A DNA stretch of 64,000 nt from the NCBI GenBank assembly GCA_976226885.1, contig OZ320323.1:31868001-31932000 (forward strand), read 5' to 3'. Below are positions 61,801 to 64,000 of the stretch, in pieces; the first letter of the stretch is position 1, and every line of letters begins with the position of its first letter. The stretch comes from Iphione sp. A-MEVVRFRX5 (Eukaryota). Under the pieces are notes generated by a model. It was not told the origin of the DNA. It made no database searches and was given only the letters and a program-made list of their open reading frames with translations. Both the position numbers and the translations under genes were made by a program.

Positions 61801-63013
61801 CAATTATCGCTCTGCTAAGTATGAAAATTGAATAATTTTCGTAATTTAACAAAACATCTCTCTATATCAAACAAACCTACTAGTTGTAAACCTATTCACT
61901 TACTGAAATACCACTAGCCCTACACATAGTTTCGGTTCAAACAAGTCAAATTTGAAAAATATGCACAGACCACTTTACCGCAAGACCTTCACGCCGCCAT
62001 GACAGAACGCTCTCTGTTTTTTCTCTCTCTCCCTTTCTCTCTTCTCTGTTTCCATATCCCCTCTCTCCCTCTCTCCCTCTCTCTCTTCTTCTCCCTCCTC
62101 TGTCGTCCCTCTCTCTTGGCCTCCCTCTGTCTCTCCCAGTGACACTTGACCTCTGTCCGATTGTTGATCTTCTCTACGTCTCCTTGGCTGTCTCAATGTG
62201 CTTTCTCAATTCCTTCTACTTGGATATCTATATGATACTCTATACACATGGACATTATAATATAGCCGTTTTCTACCTGTACCTGATCCATTCTCTCTCC
62301 TGCAGGGTAAAGGCCAGGTGTTCACTTACTGGCTGAACGACGAGAGCGAGGCGGTGCGCGAGAAGCGGATGGGTGGCTTCATGAGCCGGCGGCGCGCCTC
62401 CTTCGTCGAGAGGACCGACTCGCTGCAGCGGACGCGGAGTTCGCGCGAGTCGGAACCGCGCTCGACGAGCCGCATCACACTCAATAACGAGTCCCCGCGC
62501 CTGCGCAACATGAGCACGTGTTCAGCTGACGACCGCGACCCTCTCCAGGGCTCCTTTTATGAACTGATGGGACACGAGAGCGACGATAACAAGCTCGCCA
62601 AGACGGGGTCGCGTGGCGTCAGCTTCCGGCGGAAACGATCCCTACCGGAAGTGCGGCACGGCGGAAGTAGGGACCTGCGGGATATTCGCGACATGCGCAC
62701 CGCCAACGGCATCATCCTACGCTCGCCAGATATGTTCGAAGGCGCCACGATCGACGATTGCGACGAATCGGAGGGCGAGGAAACGACGACGATGAATACT
62801 TCCGCTGCCGATGCCGGTAGCTGCGGCGTCGGCCCTAATGGCGGGAGCGGAGATTATATTGCTGTGCCGACCATTGTTGTTGACACAACTGCCAACAGGC
62901 AACCGCCCCTGCAACAGGAAACGGAAGTCAACGGCAACCAACCAATGGACGACGACGGCGAACCTCGCAGTCCGCTGGAGACGGATCGCTTTCTCGGCAC
63001 GAGATTAGGTTGA
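4524..63013 (+). CDS. Receptor (membrane) guanylyl cyclase, natriuretic-peptide-receptor-like family; 5'-partial, 18 exons: join(4524-4696,5728-5863,7567-7718,8571-8676,19991-20069,20757-20859,25402-25557,26030-26134,29318-29389,30800-30959,35182-35331,37287-37464,38151-38291,49636-49759,52526-52769,53801-53899,54573-54664,62306-63013)
   Basis: Manually assembled. All introns are GT-AG with matching phases; total 2978 nt = 2 + 992 codons including the stop. Motifs: AAYLYDAV and RFDENGD (ligand-binding domain), [13 protein letters not shown] helix, pseudokinase [30 protein letters not shown], coiled coil [19 protein letters not shown], cyclase [37 protein letters not shown]. Orthology not assignable by eye. 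Confidence 0.95.
5728..5863 (+). CDS. rGC exon (extracellular) [19 protein letters not shown]...HSYK
   Basis: acag/gtaagt; phase 0 to 1; conserved YLYDAV motif of receptor-GC ligand-binding domains. Confidence 0.92.
6214..6355. mobile_element. Short CAGT...ACTG MITE-like element
   Basis: Imperfect TIR cagtagaacct/aggccttactg, TA at right flank. Confidence 0.4.
7567..7718 (+). CDS. rGC exon (extracellular) [22 protein letters not shown]...DTLP
   Basis: gtag/gtaagg; phase 1 to 0; conserved D-x-N-G-D motif. Confidence 0.92.
8571..8676 (+). CDS. rGC exon (juxtamembrane) AFRLLDG...[15 protein letters not shown]
   Basis: ccag/gtaagt; phase 0 to 1; W..G.PP..EP.CG....C motif. Confidence 0.92.
8704..8890. 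repeat. CT-rich low-complexity tract
   Basis: Polypyrimidine sequence just after the 8571-8676 exon; explains the long stop-free ORFs 8532..9101 and 8611..9003. Confidence 0.85.
13562..13682 (-). repeat. Split direct repeat B2 (121 bp), element 3' end
   Basis: Copy of 13839-13958. Confidence 0.95.
13747..13838 (-). repeat. Split direct repeat A2 (92 bp)
   Basis: Copy of 17930-18021; contains perfect 10-bp inverted repeat ccaatcagtg/cactgattgg. Confidence 0.95.
13839..13958 (-). repeat. Split direct repeat B1 (120 bp)
   Basis: Matches 13562-13682 with about 5 substitutions and one 1-nt indel. Confidence 0.95.
13906..14943 (-). pseudogene. Ngaro tyrosine recombinase, open frame but catalytic Arg replaced
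   Basis: 345-aa ORF; FLHQSNL (His where the family has Arg), [16 protein letters not shown]...AFAY; overlaps the pol end. Confidence 0.85.
14913..16878 (-). pseudogene. Ngaro pol (reverse transcriptase + RNase H), disrupted
   Basis: [43 protein letters not shown]; thumb [14 protein letters not shown]; RNase [24 protein letters not shown]. In-frame stops at 16636-38 and 16483-85; frameshifts near 15620, the G-run near 15400 and the A-run near 15070. Confidence 0.88.
16947..17917 (-). pseudogene. Ngaro ORF1 (gag-like), disrupted
   Basis: Same frame from ATG 17917 through stops TAA (17564-66) and TGA (17471-73) into W.DVRNW..VV..IEQG..W motif typical of DIRS/Ngaro ORF1; frameshift near 17195 into a Cys/His knuckle-like segment [14 protein letters not shown]....HAATVC. 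Confidence 0.75.
17930..18021 (-). repeat. Split direct repeat A1 (92 bp)
   Basis: Matches 13747-13838 with 8 substitutions by manual alignment. Confidence 0.95.
18120..18172. repeat. Short tandem repeat, aacagattct x3, 21-22-nt period
   Basis: Copies at 18120, 18142 and 18163. Confidence 0.75.
19544..19721. mobile_element. MITE-like element (CAGTCAACTCTC family)
   Basis: Left end cagtcaactctcgcttagaagaccac resembles both ends of 28223-28405; right end caactg-ta. Confidence 0.5.
19991..20069 (+). CDS. rGC exon, transmembrane helix [27 protein letters not shown]
   Basis: ttgcag/gtgagt; phase 1 to 2; about 21 hydrophobic residues; phases fit both neighbours. Confidence 0.9.
20757..20859 (+). 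CDS. rGC exon [17 protein letters not shown]...SGSR
   Basis: ttgcag/gtaggt; phase 2 to 0; conserved E..LW.I juxtamembrane motif. Confidence 0.92.
25402..25557 (+). CDS. rGC exon, kinase-homology domain start VTLTTQG...[17 protein letters not shown]...EMKF
   Basis: ccag/gtaatt; phase 0 to 0; IFT.TG.Y.G..VA.K motif. Confidence 0.92.
26030..26134 (+). CDS. rGC exon [16 protein letters not shown]...EYCAKGSLQ
   Basis: gcag/gtcagt; phase 0 to 0; highly conserved KHD sequence. Confidence 0.95.
28223..28405. mobile_element. MITE-like element (CAGTCAACTCTC family)
   Basis: ta-cagtcaactctc...gtggtcttataagctagagtcgact imperfect TIRs; repeated internal agacc motifs. Confidence 0.55.
28755..28935. mobile_element. 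TA-flanked MITE-like element
   Basis: ta-cagtagaa...ttccactg-ta. Confidence 0.45.
29318..29389 (+). CDS. rGC exon [24 protein letters not shown]
   Basis: acag/gtaagt; phase 0 to 0. Confidence 0.95.
30800..30959 (+). CDS. rGC exon GMIFLHDS...[11 protein letters not shown]...ADYGL...AYYR
   Basis: ttgcag/gtgagt; phase 0 to 1; pseudokinase catalytic loop lacking the HRD aspartate. Confidence 0.95.
34999..35090. repeat. (GA)n microsatellite
   Basis: Direct inspection. Confidence 0.95.
35182..35331 (+). CDS. rGC exon [10 protein letters not shown]...[17 protein letters not shown]...MLPK
   Basis: ttgcag/gtaggt; phase 1 to 1. Confidence 0.95.
37287..37464 (+). CDS. rGC exon DIIYFV...FRP...[12 protein letters not shown]...MRQG
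   Basis: ctcag/gtaagt; phase 1 to 2; CW.E.P..RPDF motif. Confidence 0.93.
38151..38291 (+). CDS. rGC exon, hinge coiled coil [15 protein letters not shown]...LLHRMLP
   Basis: gcag/gtaaag; phase 2 to 2. Confidence 0.95.
40169..40216. repeat. (GA)n microsatellite
   Basis: Direct inspection. Confidence 0.95.
45836..45878. repeat. (GA)n microsatellite
   Basis: Direct inspection. Confidence 0.95.
48262..48429. mobile_element. MITE-like element
   Basis: TIR cagtggttcctc/gagggatcactg, TA at right flank. Confidence 0.55.
48434..48538. mobile_element. TA-flanked MITE-like element abutting the previous one
   Basis: ta-cggtggaaac...gtccactg-ta. Confidence 0.45.
49636..49759 (+). CDS. rGC exon, cyclase start SVADQL...[21 protein letters not shown]
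   Basis: ttgtag/gttagt; phase 2 to 0; first metal-binding Asp. Confidence 0.96.
49807..49854. repeat. (ATGT)n microsatellite
   Basis: Direct inspection. Confidence 0.9.
52526..52769 (+). CDS. rGC exon VVDLLNDLY...[18 protein letters not shown]...RIGLHT
   Basis: gtag/gtaggg; phase 0 to 1; second metal-binding Asp and GTP-specifying Glu. Confidence 0.96.
52853..52896. repeat. (CA)n microsatellite, interrupted
   Basis: Direct inspection. Confidence 0.85.
53801..53899 (+). CDS. rGC exon [33 protein letters not shown]
   Basis: gcag/gtaagc; phase 1 to 1; GTP-specifying Cys, catalytic Asn/Arg. Confidence 0.97.
54573..54664 (+). CDS. rGC exon [31 protein letters not shown]
   Basis: ttttgcag/gtcagt; phase 1 to 0. 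Confidence 0.93.
55258..55284 (-). terminator. LINE polyadenylation signal and poly(A) tail
   Basis: + strand tttatt at 55279-84 (AATAAA on element strand) then 5 nt then T16. Confidence 0.85.
55289..55324 (-). other. 3'-terminal stem-loop of the LINE RNA
   Basis: ctggat/atccag (6 bp) enclosing atacat/atgtat (6 bp), ending just upstream of AATAAA. Confidence 0.55.
55586..55813 (-). repeat. Four copies of a 26-30-nt hairpin motif in the LINE 3' UTR
   Basis: 55586-615, 55643-670, 55750-777, 55788-813; element-strand consensus AYAGGNC-U-GGGG-UAMAR-CCCC-GNCCURU. Confidence 0.88.
55823..58615 (-). CDS. LINE ORF2: apurinic endonuclease + reverse transcriptase (930 aa, intact)
   Basis: APE LNVRS, SETW, YRPP, GDLN, ID, SDH; [51 protein letters not shown]; no RNase H seen. 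Confidence 0.97.
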   Translation of the reverse strand: MLLIAYLNVRSILKNWDDFCRYINIHFVDICFVSETWLESYVPESALNIPGYKIVRVDRDKSVKKRGGGMLVIINDSLSPLVCVAEDKMIADHDSEHIVLELKLSTMSISCIGCYRPPSGNLDLALSRIRSLIMQNKVSIKKFVLVGDLNVDFCRASVDHHKLDNFILKTGSQQLVGDKTRVTARSSSMIDLLFTNAREKIKMVWCEDASFSDHRCVFFNIDSNKDISSAQTIFARKKVFKDVEIFIAEVKRGILTLLNQGWGVNRTWTAIHACILTIYDKYNPKRQVRVRGVKKDWMDEGLLSEIRARNRLYREARSNGGLEEWLEYRMKRRSVNKAIRHAKRNYIMKKLDEQSGNSGKYWHTLKTGLGLKRAKDSEIQLKKNGHVVPKYKVPDEINQFFLGIGKTILQNIDAEPVESIGLRQVRCRMDLNFSTNEAQLKLIVRTLKNCKPSSIGDIEVKYIKRIITESPMPFVELINRSFETCEYPQEWKLAKVIPLWKGGSRFDVGNYRPISILSVVSKVIEKVVHIAIYQYMINNDLLSDKQYGFRPGCSTESAIQALTDDIHHGLNQGNKVMGVFVDFKKAFDSVDHSVLLYKLFKIGIVGKNLEWLREYLTNRRQYVACNNQNSEVGNITCGVPQGSILGPLLFLIFINDLPVALQHYGCYMYADDVAVVVESADVDSLRVKLLRLGQIFEIWARRSRIMVNTRKTKAVYFSYRERAQPLGDSIKFGPGRIDVVDQVEYLGVVLDAGLTMSPACNFIIKKVMPKMYYFRKIRFLLNQERAIYVARSMILPIIEYASIIHTNTRSRGFSRLMSVRKCVINLAFGFKKYTKQQVTADYLNIRDRNLLKIGYSMAKPQPVVRHTRRSTTKQIVIAQPKRERFRRSIGYVAAQLWQRLPIPIKLLPVKQYINHIKGIGREYVLSYKVS
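58805..59521 (-). CDS. Stand-alone SGNH/GDSL hydrolase (esterase) ORF of the LINE (238 aa)
   Basis: Block I VLIITDSH, block II VLPGAG, block III LAGIAD, block V LFDGVH; Ser-Asp-His triad present; ATG start; lies between ORF1 and ORF2 on the same strand. Confidence 0.85.
   Translation of the reverse strand: MWQQLRESMPNSCGVAPEVLIITDSHGKDLVRDFSTLSYTRAGVVVLPGAGIGSALKVGVNLCSTYRIRYLIILAGIADITKLYKFGALEPGRPTGMVCTRCLTLMDSKLALRELFEDDVRQARAELRILGTQLIFSSVFGMSYRDYNKHRFGFVVRKSSEIIFQRIINESVLYLNWLIRCENSYHGFYTVPTYAIVHKRENKRYRHKYSRLFDGVHLLRYYSHKMSRLMYHYLLRLV
59639..61426 (-). CDS. LINE ORF1 (595 aa): coiled coil + L1/Tnp22-type RRM-CTD + disordered linker + C-terminal NADAR/YbiA-like domain
   Basis: Heptad region, [32 protein letters not shown]; last ~149 aa (59642-60088) W..V....L..KFQQ.....LLDTG...TDGYWGSG...[13 protein letters not shown] match the NADAR consensus. 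Confidence 0.88.
   Translation of the reverse strand: MATNAGSADSRVGDTSHSVLPGGQQGEKRKDMSPLERDAKTLVTHSHLIWENPVPATMDGIARALNRIWGELSISEDKMKARDQELHGKIDTILKICDNNISELSDLVKQNTADVAELRDDITAIGKRVSDLETANSTLQGQIVGLSGSSTATLQKKCEMMDRLLRKNNIYIEGVAERIGENVVRSVQELCKSIKVNVVRDEIDYAYRTNRRNPAGVRGIFVRFMSCSTKEAVMSAKRRLRGQSIWINSDWTPLQREQARQRRMQKATSRNDQVVGRLTGASTSQQDVDTRLSVPGPSLVNERTDVITSNPTEGKIDPVDQSMDTNQSETETDIGVGVERHGDGGMFARMVTGISSPAPPVEALQNVPQKTPAKNSDHVVDVESTQSTVTETTIATDPAVTLKASDCDLKVSEKVSESVESIQISDSASEQGSPNSSAGTPPGKEKLCFVELKGSRLAFDHDERLMWHGSYFRSASHVYHYEAAMQTKQERLGANIKKAVSLEKIDKLSGKIPISAHWDTVKLTVLRTILREKFQQDKRARDDLLDTGEHKIVILTTDGYWGSGVSPTASKREKYAYKGQNQYGRLLTSIRNEIM
62013..62150. repeat. CT-rich low-complexity tract flanking the LINE 5' end
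   Basis: Direct inspection. Confidence 0.85.
62306..63013 (+). CDS. rGC terminal exon [10 protein letters not shown] plus about 225-aa low-complexity C-tail
   Basis: tgcag acceptor, in frame with ORF 62318..63013; GKG...TYWL ends the cyclase domain; GC/CpG-rich open frame to TGA. Confidence 0.92.
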   Translation, partial: GKGQVFTYWLNDESEAVREKRMGGFMSRRRASFVERTDSLQRTRSSRESEPRSTSRITLNNESPRLRNMSTCSADDRDPLQGSFYELMGHESDDNKLAKTGSRGVSFRRKRSLPEVRHGGSRDLRDIRDMRTANGIILRSPDMFEGATIDDCDESEGEETTTMNTSAADAGSCGVGPNGGSGDYIAVPTIVVDTTANRQPPLQQETEVNGNQPMDDDGEPRSPLETDRFLGTRLG

Positions 63014-64000
63014 GCAATGAGACGGATGGCGAGTACAAACCTGTAAAGGTAGATGTAGGGCTAGAAAACAGTATAGTGATGAAGCAGATACCACCACCAG
63101 GGTATGGAACAACGGGAAAACGAGTACGCGTCAACAGTACGCGTTGTGCTTCTTCATGGTATGAGGCAGCGTTCACAGGCATCCTTCCTTCTAGGTCACG
63201 GCTGGGCCGAACCAGACAGAAAACTGCGATGAGTGTACAGATGCCAGAACCCCCTTCTCTATTCGGTTGTCCTCCGGCTTCTAGAGCCACGTAGCGGAAT
63301 GCCTGTACATCTAATTACTTTTAGAATAAGGCATACTTCGTACTAGTAAACGTGGGACCCATCATCTCTTAAAATGTGATAACTAATAGATACAAACCCC
63401 CCACGAAATGTGTTGGCTGACTCCTAATATTTATGCTACTCGAACAAACAAGGTCAAATGAGATCAAATCAAAGTCCGATTCAGGCAACCTTCCGTAAGA
63501 AATTGCTCCAAGCGATGATTATAAGTGATTTTGTTGTGTAGTTACGTACTTTTGTGTGATTCCATATTTTATAAGGAACATGATAGAGTTTCTTCGTTTT
63601 AACATGCGGTCAGAGCTCCCTAAAAATGTGGATTAGTTTGCAGGCCACAGAGACCCAAAAGGATCGGGACTATCCCCAATGCATGAAAAATGTGGTTAGT
63701 CCGGTGTTGTTCTCACATCGAACTGGTGTGCGTGTGTGTATATGTGTGTGGTCATTGTCTCTATCTCAGTGTAGAGCACTGTTTGTACAGTAAGTACAGA
63801 TGTTTTGGTAAGTATATTGTTCATTGGTGGATTTCTAGGGCATTCCTAATCCAAATTACATTTTCAGCCAAGGGATCATTGATCTGAACGCTTAACCTAT
63901 ATTCAGTGTATAGAAAATTGCGGATAACAACTCCCTTCATGTACTCTTTACGGGAAGCTACAGTTCATGCAATTAAACTAATAACTAAGATAAATTATAT

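Larger units (their letters stand above)
55258..62012 (-). mobile_element. Apparently full-length CR1-group (CR1/L2/Crack-like) LINE with three intact ORFs
   Basis: Poly(A) tail (T16 at 55258-73) with AATAAA 5 nt upstream, APE-RT ORF2, SGNH ORF, L1-type ORF1, about 585-nt leader; 5' boundary approximate (flanked by a CT-rich tract); in the last rGC intron. Confidence 0.92.

Overview
Intron-rich animal genomic DNA, probably from an invertebrate (inference from composition, gene structure and repeat types). No rRNA, tRNA or CRISPR array is supported. (1) The + strand carries the 3' ~990 codons of a membrane receptor guanylyl cyclase in 18 phase-consistent GT-AG exons (4524-63013): distal ligand-binding domain, TM helix, kinase-homology domain, coiled coil, GTP-specific cyclase and an unusually long C-tail. 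Its 5' exons were not found and probably lie upstream of the window. (2) An 11.3-kb intron holds a decayed antisense Ngaro/PAT-type tyrosine-recombinase retrotransposon (13562-18021) with A1-gag-pol-YR-B1-A2-B2 split direct repeats. (3) The last intron holds an apparently full-length antisense CR1-group LINE (about 55258-62012) with three intact ORFs, the most interesting object here. ORF1 is coiled coil + L1-type RRM fused to a C-terminal NADAR/YbiA-like domain. A free-standing SGNH hydrolase ORF follows, then an APE-RT ORF2. Its RNA also shows apparently non-random structure: 23 bp of split perfect complementarity between the extreme 5' end and the spacer before ORF2, a perfect 16-bp long-range stem in a leader with six upstream ATGs, splice-like sites that bracket ORF1, and four 3'-UTR hairpins, two with cross-complementary arms. 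Small TA-flanked MITE-like elements and microsatellites are scattered through the introns. All functional interpretations are inferences, and novelty could not be checked against databases.
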